Source: Thermoanaerobaculia bacterium (GTDB taxonomy: Bacteria; Acidobacteriota; Thermoanaerobaculia; UBA5066). Taken from it: DNA of 64,000 bases. The stretch spans positions 832,025-896,024 of the forward strand of contig CAVVDA010000001.1 of the NCBI GenBank assembly GCA_963746875.1. Direction: 5' to 3'. Below, piece by piece: positions 33,570-43,462 of the stretch. The first letter of the stretch is position 1. The number at the start of each line of letters is the position of its first letter. Made by a program: the position numbers and the translations under genes. The notes below the pieces were generated by a model. The model was not told where the DNA came from and did no database searches. It worked only from the letters and a program-made list of their open reading frames with translations.

Positions 33570-34158
33570 ATGTCCCAGCTCGTCGGCCGAATGGCCCCTG
33601 AATTCGCCCTCGAAGGCGTGCTCAACGGCAAGTTCCACACGTATCGCCTTTCCGATTACAAGGGGAAATGGGTCGTCCTTTTCTTCTATCCCCTCGACTT
33701 CACGTTCGTGTGCCCGACCGAGATCCTCGCGTTCTCGGACCGGCTCGGCGAGTTCAGGAAGCTCAACGCCGAGGTGCTCGGCGCGTCCGTGGACTCGAAG
33801 TTCAGCCACCTCGCGTGGACCGAGAAACCCCGCGAAGAGGGCGGCATCAAGGGCCTCTCCTACCCGCTCCTCGAGGACCTCGGAAAGGACCTCGCCCGGG
33901 AGTACAACGTGCTGGCCGAGAACGGCAAGATCGCGCTGCGCGGCCTTTTCATCATCGACCCCGATGGCGTCGTCCAGCACGCGACGATCAACAACACGGC
34001 GGTCGGCCGGTCGGTCGACGAAACGCTTCGCGTCCTTCAGGCGTTCCAGCACGTGCGCGAGCGACGGCGAGGTCTGCCCCGCCGACTGGAAGCCCGGCAC
34101 GAAGGCCATGAAGGCCGACTGGGAGAAGTCGAAAGAGTACTTCGCCCACGCGAAGTAA
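33570..34158 (+). CDS. ahpC: Peroxiredoxin, typical 2-Cys (AhpC/Prx1 type) (one frame disruption near 34052)
   Basis: [12 protein letters not shown]...[22 protein letters not shown] (peroxidatic Cys)...[11 protein letters not shown]. The resolving-Cys tail [18 protein letters not shown]...* is in ORF 33505..34158. Confidence 0.92.
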
Positions 34159-34164
34159 TCGCCC

Positions 34165-35111
34165 ATGCCGCTGAAACCCCATTACAAGGTCGTCATCGTC
34201 GGATCGGGCCCCGCGGGCCTGACCGCGGCGATCTACGCCGCTCGCGCGAACCTCGAGCCGCTCGTCGTCGAGGGAATCCAGCCCGGCGGCCAGCTCACGA
34301 CGACGACCGACGTCGAGAACTTCCCCGGCTTCGAGCACGGCATCCAGGGCCCCACGCTCATGGACGTCACGCGCAAGCAGGCCGAGCGCTTCGGCACCGA
34401 GATCGTCGTCGACACGGTCGTGGACGTCGACGTGGCGAAGCGGCCCTTCACGCTGACCCTCGAGTCGGCCGGAACGATCACCGCCGACTCCGTCATCGTC
34501 GCCTCCGGGGCGTCGGCGAAATACCTCGGGCTCGAGAGCGAGAAGAAGCTCCTCGGCTACGGCGTTTCGGCCTGCGCCACGTGCGACGGCTTCTTCTTCC
34601 GCGGCAAGGAGGTCGTCGTCGTGGGAGGTGGAGACACGGCGATGGAGGAAGCCACCTTCCTCACGAAGTTCTGCTCGAAGGTGTATCTCGTCCACCGGCG
34701 AAGCGAGTTCCGCGCCTCGAAGATCATGGTGCAGCGCGCGCTTCAGAACCCGAAGATCGAGGTCCTCCTCGACACGGTCGTCGAGGAGATCCTCGGGGAG
34801 CCGGCGACGGGCGTGAAGGGCGTGCGGGTGAAAAACACGAGAACCGGCGACGTGAGGACCTTGAGCGTTCAGGCTACTTCGCCGCGATCGGTCACCAGCC
34901 CAACACCGAGCTCTTCAGGGGCAAGCTCGACATGGACGACGTGGGCTACCTGAAGATCCAGCATCCCTCGACGAAGACGTCGGTCCCGGGCATCTTCGCG
35001 GCCGGCGACGTCGCGGATTTCATCTACCGTCAGGCCGTCTCGGCCGCCGGCGAAGGCTGCAAGGCCGCGATCGACGCCGAGCGCTGGCTCGCCGAGCACG
35101 GCATCCACTGA
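34165..35111 (+). CDS. trxB: Thioredoxin-disulfide reductase (one frame disruption near 34868)
   Basis: [20 protein letters not shown], redox-active [20 protein letters not shown]. The C-terminal part [12 protein letters not shown]...GIFAAGDV...[11 protein letters not shown] is in the frame of ORF 33570..35111. Confidence 0.93.
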
Positions 35112-35125
35112 CCCCGGGGTCTCTC

Positions 35126-36690
35126 CTAGAACGCCTGTCCCGATGAGAACGACAGGAGCCACCCGGTCCGCCCGAGCGGGTCGGGATGCAGCGAGCGCGC
35201 CACGTCGATCCGCAGGAGGCTGTTCTTGCTCGCGCGCGTGAGCCCGATCCTGAGACCCACTCCCGCGTCCGCGAGCCTCCAGAACCCGTCGGGTTCTCCC
35301 GAGGACCAGCCGACGTCCCCGAAGGCGGCGAGCCCGAACGAGACGAGCTGGAGGATCTTCGGGCACCGCGAGGACTCGCGCCTCGAGATTCCCCACGAAA
35401 CGGCGGTTCCCTTCCACGGCGTGAAGCCGGTAGGCGCGCACGCCGTTTTCCCCGTCGAGCGGAATCTGGTTCTCGGGGTCGAGGTTCCATCCGACCATGG
35501 TCCCGAGCCGTCCCACGAACGTCCACGGTCCCGTCAGGAGGAAAGCCCGCGCGTCCGCCGAAACGATGGCGTTCTCGATTCCCCCGGAAAGGCGAGTCGA
35601 GGCCTGGAGCGTCGCGAGCGCGAAGCTGCCCGAGGGCAGGAGCGTGCCCATGCTTCCGGACACGAGCGCCCGGCCCGCACCCTGAACGCTGTCCGACGGG
35701 CGGCGAGAAGCCGAGCTCCGCGCGCAGGCTGGTCGCGAGGTTGAAGTCCTCGTCCCGGTCGATCTGGTCGACGAGCCGCCGCGTGATCCAGTCCGAGCCT
35801 TCGCGCGCGACGCCTGCCGAAAGGAACAGGAACCTGCGGTGAGCGGATTCCTGCGGGAGGCGGCGGGCCGAGGCCGCCCTGCGATCAGCGTGACGTCGCT
35901 CCACTCGACGGATCCGAGGAGGCGCACGACGGCGTCGGGATCGCGGGACATCAGGCGTCCGCCCGTCACGAGCAGGTTGCGCTGCTCCTCCTTCCACACG
36001 GTCGCCTCCTCGCCTCCGGCGTAGAGCTTCGTGTCGAAGTTCGGAGAGCTTCGTCGTGCTCTCGAGCGCCCACTTGACGTCGAGCGCGTAGAACGGGCGC
36101 CCCAGCGCGAGCTGGAAGAACCGGCCGTCGGAGAGATCCGAGACGTCGAACCGGAAATTCACGTGCGGAGCGAACAGGTTCGGATCGACGAAGAAGAGCG
36201 ACCGGGACGAGCGGTCCGTCTCCTTCTCCCATCCGAATCCGAACTGGCGGCCGGTGCCGAGCAGGTTGTACTCCTCGGCTCCGATCGAATACGTCGTCAC
36301 GCCGCCCTTGTTCGAAAGCGAGCCGCGCAGGAGGAGCGTCCAGGCGTCGGCGGTCTCGACGACGACGCGGGTTCCCTCCGCGCGCACGTAGGCCCTGCGG
36401 AAGAGCCCGAACGCGCGCAGGTTCCGCTCGGTCTCGGCGAGGAGGTCCGGGCGGAGATCGTCTCCGGGCTGGAAGAGAAGCTGCTTCTGAATGAACGACG
36501 AGCGGGTCGTGAAGTGGAGCGCGTTCGCGAGCCCGTAGGGAAAGAACGATTTCGCCGCCTCCTGGGGCGCGAAGACGTTCGTCGACCGGATCTCGATCGT
36601 GTCGATGCGCGGAGCCTCCTCCGCCGCGAGGCCGCGGCCGAGAAGCCCGAGCGAGCGCCGCGGTCGCCGCGCGGGCCGCCAGCGCCGATT
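35126..36690 (-). CDS. BamA/TamA (Omp85, surface antigen D15) family outer-membrane protein (many frame disruptions; 5' end approximate)
   Basis: POTRA-like segment: [14 protein letters not shown]...[30 protein letters not shown]. Barrel segments: [19 protein letters not shown]...; [22 protein letters not shown]. The terminus ...[30 protein letters not shown] ends in the typical aromatic residue at TAG 35126-35128. The pieces are scattered over ORFs 35020..37254, 34869..35999 and the third frame. Confidence 0.7.
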
Positions 36691-36695
36691 GCGTG

Positions 36696-37294
36696 TCAGC
36701 TCTTCGTGGGGTTCCAGAGAGGCTCCGGCTCCTGTCCGCGTCTTCGCGGCCCAGCGGCCCAGCACGAAGAGCAGATCCGAGAGGCGATTGAGATAGACGA
36801 GGGCGTGGGTGCCCACGGCCTCCTGCCGGGCGAGCGTCGTCACGAGGCGCTCGGCCCGGCGGCAGACGGTGCGCGCCTGGTGCAGGAATGCCGAGACCCA
36901 GCCGCCGCCCGGCAGCACGAAGGACTTCAGCTCCGGCAGGCCGGCGTTCAGGTCGTCGATCGTCTTCTCGAGAAACGAGACGTGGCGCGCTTCGATGACG
37001 GGCTGCTTCGGATGGCGGTCCTGCGGCAGCGTGGCGAGATCCGATCCGAGATTGAACAGCTCGTTCTGGATCTGCTCGAGGACGGCGTCGAGCCGGTCGC
37101 GATCCGCCTTTGCGGGCGGCACCCGCGGCGTCGCGGTTCGCCGTGCGCACGAGGCCGAGAAGCGCATTGAGCTCGTCCACCGTGCCGTAGCTCTCGATGC
37201 GAATCGCGTCCTTCGCGATCCGCCGGCCGCCCACGAGGCTCGTCTCTCCGGCATCGCCTCCCCGGGTGTAGACGCGGTTGATCCGGATGGCCAT
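36696..37294 (-). CDS. ATP:cob(I)alamin adenosyltransferase, PduO-type (frame disruptions near 37130 and near the 3' end)
   Basis: [47 protein letters not shown] (ORF 35966..37294), then ...[17 protein letters not shown]...[26 protein letters not shown]...[15 protein letters not shown] (ORF 35020..37254). The likely stop is TGA 36696-36698 in a third frame. Confidence 0.85.
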
Positions 37295-37339
37295 GCGGTC
37301 CCCTTCGCCCCAAGACTACACTCGGAACGCGGGACTTCG

Positions 37340-38164
37340 ATGCGACAGGGCGCGTACCAGACCGACTACCACGTCCACACGGCCCGCTGCGGCCACGCCG
37401 GCGGCGAGATGCGGGAGTACGTCCGCGCGGCGCTCGGGAAGGGGCCTGTCCGAGATCGCCTTCACGGACCACATTCCTCTCTACTTCCTGCCGGGTGAGG
37501 ATCCCGATCCCACGATCGCGATGACGCGCGCGGAGCTGCCCGGCTACGTCGAGGAGGTTCGGGCCCTGAAGGAGGAGTTCGCGGGCCGGATCGACGTGCT
37601 CCTCGGCCTCGAGGCCGACTACGCGGAAGGCCACGAGGCCGCGCTCGAGGAGATTCTCCGCGCCCACGACTGGGACGTCGTCCTCGGCTCCGTGCACTGG
37701 GTGGCCGGCGGCTGGATCGATGCGCCCGGCTCCGCGAAGAGGCACGAGACCGAAGGAACGGAGAACCTCTGGCGCGAGTACTACCGGCTCCTCGCGAAGG
37801 CGGCGAAGAGCGGGCTCTTCGACGTCCTCACGCACTTCGACCTCCCGAAGAAATTCGGCCACCGCATGCCGGCGGACGTGAGGGACGCCCAGGACGCGGC
37901 CGTGGCCGCCACGCGGGACGCCGGGGTCGCGATCGAGGTCTCGAGCGCGGGGCTCAGGAAAGCCGTAGGCGAGGAGTACCCGGCTCCCCCGCTGCTGCGA
38001 AGCCTCGTCGAGGCGCGGGCGTGCCGATCGTGTTCTCGTCCGACGCCCACGCGCCGGCGGAAGTCGCCTGGGGCCGCGAGAAGATCGAAGCCGCCGCGCA
38101 TGCGGCGGGCGCGAGAGAACATTTGAGTTTTCGGAAAAGAGAGAGAAGAAAACACCCTCTCTAG
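37340..38164 (+). CDS. PHP-domain histidinol-phosphatase (HisJ family)-like protein (two frame disruptions near 37445 and 38015)
   Basis: [20 protein letters not shown]..., then [12 protein letters not shown]...LLGLEADY...VLGSVHWV...[14 protein letters not shown]...[10 protein letters not shown], then [12 protein letters not shown]...; three frames are needed. Confidence 0.7.
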
Positions 38165-38597
38165 GAAATCTTTCTCTTCCTTCCGAGACCATCTCGACCG
38201 AGAACGTGGGGGTGATCGTGAGCTTCAGCGTCGCGAGGCGGCAGGGCCACCGCTCCTTCTCGATTCGCGCCGACACGTGATCCCAGATCCACCGCGCGAG
38301 GTTCTCGGCCGTGGGCACGCGCGTCGCGAACTCGGGGATCTCCTCGTTGAGATTCCGGTGGTCGAGCGGCCGGTCGACCTCTTCCTTCAGGATGCGGTCG
38401 AGGTCCGTGAGATTCACGATCATGGCCGAATCGGCGTCGGCCGTGCCCGCCACCGACACCTCGAGCGTGTAGTTGTGGCCGTAGCCGGCGGGGTTCGACG
38501 CGTCGCCGTACGTCGCGCGGTTCCACTCCTCGCTCTTCTCCGCGTTGAAGAGGCGATGCGCCGCGTTGAAGTGGATCGTGCGCGAAAGAAAGAGCAT
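38161..38597 (-). CDS. queD: 6-carboxy-5,6,7,8-tetrahydropterin synthase (frame disruption near the 3' end)
   Basis: MLFLSRTIHFNAAHRLFN...NPAGYGHNYTLEVSVAG...MIVNLTDLDRILKEEV...LDHRNLNEE...TAENLARWIW. The likely end is ...EMVSEGRKRKIS* from ORF 38161..38526. Confidence 0.85.
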
Positions 38598-38658
38598 CGC
38601 GCCGGACTATAAAGCCCGCGCGTATTTCCCGGAACCTGTCGCGGCGCCGAAACGTGCC

Positions 38659-40004
38659 CTATCGCGGCGCGGCGACGGCCGCCGGAACGGCGCGTTCGAT
38701 CTCCTCGGCGAGGCGGCCCGGAACGATCTCGAAGAGCTCGTACTGCGCGCGCACGGCAGGCCTGTCGAGCTTCATCACGCGCGTCAGGTCGATCGGGGTC
38801 CCGATCGACGACGACGTCGCACGGAGTCCGCGAGATCGTCTCGGCGAGCTCGGCCACCTGCGCGTCGCCGTAGCCCATCGCGGGGAGGATACCCGCCGCG
38901 TTGGGGTACTTGCGGAAGGTCTCCGCGATCGTGCCGACGGCATACGGCTGCGGGTCGACGATGGCCGCGGCGCCGGCCTTCTTCGCCGCGACGAGGCCGG
39001 CTCCGAAGCTCATGCCGCCATGCGTCAGCGTCGGACCGTCCTCGACGACGAGGGCGCGCTTGCCCCTCACGAGCTCGGGCCTCTCGCAGACGACCGGCGA
39101 GTTCGTCCGAAGGACTCGCGCCTTGGGGTTCAGCTTCGCGGCCGCGGTCTCGATCGCGTGAATGTTCCCTTCGTCCGCCGTGTCGCACTTGTTGATGAGG
39201 ATGACGTCGGCCCGGCGGAAGTTCGCCTCGCCCGGGTGGTAGCTGGTCTCGTGGCCGGGGCGATGCGGATCGGCGATGCAGATGTGGAGATCGGGCACGT
39301 AGAAGGGCAGGTCGTTGTTTCCGCCGTCCCAGAGGATGACGTCGGCCTCCGCCTCCGCGCGCTTCAGGATCTGGCCGTAGTCGACTCCCGCGTACACGAC
39401 GAAGCCGTTGTCGAGGTGCGGCTCGTACTCCTCGCGCTCCTCGATGGTGCACTTTTCGCGGTCGAGGTCGGCGTACGTCGCGAAGCGCTGGCAGGCCTGT
39501 GCCGCGAGATCGCCGTACGGCATCGGGTGGCGCACGGCGACGAGCGGAGAGCCCGTGCTCCTTCAGGATCCTCGAGAGGTACCGCGTCGTCTGGCTCTTG
39601 CCCGCACCCGTCCTCACGGCCGTGACGGCGATGACGGGGACCTTCGACTTCAACATCGTCCGGTTCGCGCCCAGGAAGAGGAAGTCCGCTCCCGCCGCGA
39701 CGGCCCGGGACGCGAGGTGCATGACCTGGGTGTGCGCCACGTCCGAGTACGAGAAGACGCAGAGGTCGACGCTCTCGCGGCGGATCAGGCCCTCCAGCTC
39801 GTCCTCGGCGACGATCGGGATGCCGTCCGGGTAGAGTTATCCGGCCAGGGACGGGGGATAGCGCCGTCCGTCGATGCCCGGGATCTGCGTCGCGGTGAAG
39901 GCGACGACCCGGTACTCGGGCTTGTCGCGAAAAACCGTATTGAAATCGTGGAAATCGCGGCCAGCCGCGCCCAGGATGACGACACGCCTCACGGGGCTAT
40001 GCAT
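38659..40004 (-). CDS. COG2403-type P-loop GTPase (cyclic 2,3-diphosphoglycerate synthetase-like), with in-frame TAA and two frame disruptions
   Basis: MHSPVRRVVILGAAGRDFHDFNTVFRDKPEYRVVAFTATQIPGIDGRRYPPSLAG-TAA-LYPDGIPIVAEDELEGLIRRESVDLCVFSYSDVAHTQVMHLAS...VIAVTAVRTGAGKSQTTRYL...RHPMPYGDL...ILWDGGNNDLPF...ILINKCD...TLTHGGMSFGAG...GTPIDLTRVMKLDRP... The TAA is at 39837-39839. Frame changes fall near 39545 and 38830. Confidence 0.6.
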
Positions 40005-40147
40005 GGAAGACCCTCCGAGGGGCACCTCTCCCCTGTCGGGAGGCCCCACAAGCGACAATCTAGGGGACCGCGGAGTGAAGGCACCTGATTAGGGTGCTTT
40101 AGGGACCTGCCGGGGCGAACCCCCTCGGGTGCCTTCCCCCGCACCCC

Positions 40148-40653
40148 CTACTTCACCCCAACCAGCTCCACCTCGAACAGCAGCGTCGCGTTCGGCGGGA
40201 TGACGCCGCCGGCGCCGCGCGCGCCGTAACCGAGGCCCGGAGGAATCAGGAGCGTCCGCTTGCCCCCGACCTTCATCGTGGCGACGCCCTCGTCCCAGCC
40301 CTTGATGACGCGGCCCTGGCCGAGCGGGAACTCGAACGGCTGACCCCGGTCGAGCGAGCTGTCGAACTTCGCGCCTTTCGCGCCCTTCTCCCAGAGCCAG
40401 CCCGTGTAGTGCATCACGCACGTCTGGCCGGTCTTCGGCGTGGCGCCGGTGCCTTCCTTCGTGTCTTCGTACTGCAGGCCCGAGGGGGTCGTCTTCATCT
40501 TCGACTCCTTTTTCTCGCGGCGGCGGCGGCAGGCGCGGTGGGCGCGGGCTTTTCGTCGGCGCGCGCGGGGAGCGCGAGGGATGCCGCGAAGAAACCAGCC
40601 ACGAGGATCCACGAAACGGCAAAGCGCCGAATCCCGTCTCTATTGATGTTCAT
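40148..40653 (-). CDS. FKBP-type peptidyl-prolyl cis-trans isomerase with signal peptide (one frame disruption near 40510)
   Basis: The signal part MNINRDGIRRFAVSWILVAGFFAASLALPARA is in ORF 40495..41034. The FKBP domain is in ORF 40148..40612: GLQYEDTKEGTGATPKTGQTCVMHYTGWL...FDSSLDRGQPFEFPLGQGRVIKGWDEGVATMKVGGKR.LLIPPGLGYGARG...IPPNATLLFEVELV. Confidence 0.88.
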
Positions 40654-40700
40654 CGGGTAATTACTTCCTTTCTCGGAAAATCTTCTTCGAACGTCCCAGT

Positions 40701-41714
40701 CTATCGCGCCCGCGCCGCCTCGACGTACGCGTCGACTCGCGCCACGTCGTCCCTGGAGCCCAGGTAGATCGGCGTCCGGTCGTGGTTCGACCCGGGAATG
40801 ATGTCGAGGATGCTCCGCCGGCCGTCGCTGGCGGCGCCGCCCGCCGCCTCTGCGACGAGCGCGAGGGGGGCGGCCTCGTACATGAGGCGGATCTTGCCCC
40901 TCGGGCTCTTCGCCGTGGCCGGGTAGAGGTAGATCCCTCCTTTGAGGATGATGCGGTGGAAGTCCGATACGAGCGCCCCGGAATAGCGCGTCGAGTAGGG
41001 TCGCCCCGTCGCGGCGTCCGTCTCGCGCACCCATTCGAGAAAGTGGCGCGGACCCGGCTCCCAGCTGTGGACGGTGCCCTCGTTCGCGCCGTAGTACGGC
41101 CCGTGATCCGGAATGCGGATCTCGCGGTGCGAGAGAAGAAACTCGCCGATGACGGGGTCCAGCGTGAACCCGTGCACGGCGCGGCCGGCGGTGTACACGA
41201 GAGTCGTGGACGGGCCGTAGAGGAAATACCCGGCGACGACCTGCTCCCTCGAGATGCGCGAAAGGAGGTCCGCTTCCGACGTGACCGCGCCCTGTCCCGA
41301 AAGCCGCCGCACCGAGAAGATCGACCCGACGCCGCCGTTCACGTCCAGGTTGGAGGAGCCGTCCAGCGGGTCGAGGAAGACGATGTACTTGCCCGACGCG
41401 ACGTTTTCCGGGAGGTGCGCCGGAAGGTCCATCTCCTCCGTGACGACGATCGGAACGAGCTGCCCGAACGCGAAAGCCTCGAGGAAGATCTCGTTCGCGA
41501 TCGCGTCCAGCTTCTGCTGCCGCTCGCCCTGGACGTTCACCTCGCCCGAGGCGCCGAGCACGTCCGTCAGGCCTGCGGACGAGAGCACGCGGCTGATGCG
41601 CTTGCCCGCGAAAGCGAGCTGCGAGAGCAAAGCCGAGAGCTCGCCCGTCGCCTGCGGGATCTGCCGCTCGGTTTCGAAGAGAAACCGGTGGAGTCTCGTG
41701 CCGATCTTGGTCAT
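40701..41714 (-). CDS. fbp: Fructose-1,6-bisphosphatase class 1
   Basis: Intact, 337 aa from ATG 41714: VNVQGERQQKLD...VVTEEMD...FLDPLDGSSNLDVNGGVGSIFSV...EGTVHSW...RYSGALVSDFHRIILKGGIYLYP...GKIRLMYEAAPLA. Confidence 0.93.
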   Translation of the reverse strand: MTKIGTRLHRFLFETERQIPQATGELSALLSQLAFAGKRISRVLSSAGLTDVLGASGEVNVQGERQQKLDAIANEIFLEAFAFGQLVPIVVTEEMDLPAHLPENVASGKYIVFLDPLDGSSNLDVNGGVGSIFSVRRLSGQGAVTSEADLLSRISREQVVAGYFLYGPSTTLVYTAGRAVHGFTLDPVIGEFLLSHREIRIPDHGPYYGANEGTVHSWEPGPRHFLEWVRETDAATGRPYSTRYSGALVSDFHRIILKGGIYLYPATAKSPRGKIRLMYEAAPLALVAEAAGGAASDGRRSILDIIPGSNHDRTPIYLGSRDDVARVDAYVEAARAR

Positions 41715-42692
41715 GCGGCCGCCTTCGCGCCCGCTCGCGCGGCGCCGAGCAGCGCGCAGCGGTCGTTCGTCACGATCCGGATCGGGATCCTCGACAGGAG
41801 CGGCGCGAACCGCCCCTTGTCGCAGAAGCCTCCGAGGAACGTTCCGTCCAGCATCCGCGGCAGGATCTTCGGGCGCGATCCCGCCGCCCACGAAAACGCC
41901 GCCCGTCGCGAGGATCTTGAGCGCGAGGTTTCCGGCCTCACCTCCGTAGATCGAGACGAAGCGCTCGAGGGTGCGCGCAGCCACGGGGTCCTTCCCGGAC
42001 AGGCCCGCGGCGGTGACGGCCGGCGCCGGGTCGCCGCTCCTGGCGATTTCCGCCGTGAGCCACGCCGGCTCGGGCAGTCCCGAGAGCGCGAGCGCTCGAA
42101 CGCGTAGAGCGCGGCGAGGCCCGGGCCCGGAGAGAACGCGCTCGAAGGAGACATGGCTGAACTTCGCTCGAGGTGCCGGAGAAGGTCGATCTCGACGGGT
42201 TGCGCGGCGCGAACGAGGCGTGCCCGCCCTCGGACGCCTGCGGCGAGAGACGGCCGCTCACGCGCACGAGGTACGCCTCCCCGAGGCCCGTGCCCGCGGA
42301 GATGAGGGCGGCGTTGCCCTCGGGATCCTCGGCGCCCGCGTTCACGACGGCGAAGTCGGACGGCCCGAAGCTCGCCGAGGCCGAGCGCGTTCGCGAGAAG
42401 GTCGTTCACGAGCGCCACGCCGGAGAGCGCGAGCTGCCCGGCGAGAACGGCCGCATCCACGACCCAGGGCAGGTTCGTGGCCTCGCAGCGCCCGTCGCGC
42501 ACGGGGCCGGCGACGCCGAAGCCGGCGGCGCGAACGCGCCGGCCCGCGAGAAACGTCTCGACGGGCCCCTCGAGTCCCGGGAACCTCGCGGCTCCGAAAC
42601 TTCCTCTCGTCCTTTCGCACGAGCCTTCCCGACTCGATCTCGAAGAGCGCGAGACGCACGTTCGTGCCGCCGATGTCGCCCGCGAGGATCAT
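41711..42692 (-). CDS. glk: Glucokinase (at least four frame disruptions)
   Basis: MILAGDIGGTNVRLALFE (ATG 42692), ...GVAGPVRDGRCEATNLPWVVD..., ALISAGTGLGEAYL..., EGGHASFAPR..., HVSFERVLSGPGL..., VFVGGGIAPKILP... The pieces are spread over ORFs 42342.., 41711.., 41938.. and 40701..41984. The stop overlaps the fbp ATG (ATGA). Confidence 0.8.
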
Positions 42693-43462
42693 CGGCCTGA
42701 AGGCGACGAGGCCTTCCGGCCGCGGAAGGTTCTTCGACAGGGCGAGAGCGCGCGGAGTCCGCGAGGATCGTCAGCGTTCCATCGGGGTTGAGGCGCGTGG
42801 CCGGCAGCGCCTCGTCGCCCGCGAGGACGCGGGCGAGGGCCTGGGCCTTGTCCTTCCCCGTGACCAGAAGCGCCACGTGGCGCGCGCGCGTTCAGAAGGG
42901 GCAGCGTGAACGTGACGCGCGAGGGAGGCGGCTTCGGCGAGTCGTCGACTCGCAGGACGAGCCGCTGCGTCTCCTCGAGCGAAGAATGCCCGGGAAACAG
43001 CGAAGCCGTGTGGCCGTCCTGGCCGAGCCCGAGGAGCACGAGATCGAAACGGGGAATTCCCTTCGAGGAGGACGGGGAGAAGGCGGAGAACGCTCCGCGC
43101 ACGTCGGATTCATAGCGCTCCGCGGCGTCCGGCTCGTCCACGGAGACGCGGTGGACGTTCTTCGGCGGGATCGGGACGTGGCGCAGCAGCGCGTCGAAGG
43201 CCGCTTCGTCGTTCCGATCCGGATGGCCCGCGGGCACGCACCGCTCGTCGCCGAAGAAGACCTGCGTGGCGTCCCAGTTCACCTTCGAAGCGATCAGCGG
43301 TGCCGCCAGAAGGCGGTAACACGCGAGGGGCGTCGTCCCCCCTGCGAGGGCGACGAAGAACTTTCCTCTTTCGGCGACGGCCTGGGCCGCGAGGTTCACG
43401 AAGAGAAACGCCGCCGCGTCCGCGACATCGTCCGCCGTGCCGAACGCGAGAACCTCCCTCAC
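42689..43462 (-). CDS. pgl: 6-phosphogluconolactonase (internal out-of-frame segment flanked by compensating shifts)
   Basis: GTG at 43462 overlaps the zwf stop (GTGA). Sequence: FFVALAGGTTPLACYRLL...VFFGDERCVPAGHPDRN...FDLVLLGLGQDGHTASLFPG. The segment ALLVTGKDKAQALARVLAG...PATRL lies in ORF 42406..42876. The stop TGA 42689-42691 overlaps the glk ATG. Confidence 0.85.
   Translation of the reverse strand: MREVLAFGTADDVADAAAFLFVNLAAQAVAERGKFFVALAGGTTPLACYRLLAAPLIASKVNWDATQVFFGDERCVPAGHPDRNDEAAFDALLRHVPIPPKNVHRVSVDEPDAAERYESDVRGAFSAFSPSSSKGIPRFDLVLLGLGQDGHTASLFPGHSSLEETQRLVLRVDDSPKPPPSRVTFTLPLLNARAPRGASGHGEGQGPGPRPRPRGRRGAAGHAPQPRWNADDPRGLRALSPCRRTFRGRKASSPSGR

Noticed and set aside
35111-35120. 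10-bp perfect palindrome ACCCCGGGGT between the convergent trxB and Omp85 genes, as a possible bidirectional terminator.
   Set aside because: It has no loop and no flanking T or A runs, so it is too weak to call a terminator.
40005-40147. preQ1 or other riboswitch in the structured leader upstream of the COG2403-queD pair.
   Set aside because: The hairpin has a 4-nt UUCG loop and no A-rich pseudoknot tail, so it does not fit the preQ1-I architecture. I cannot match it to any riboswitch class from memory. It is kept only as an unexplained structure.
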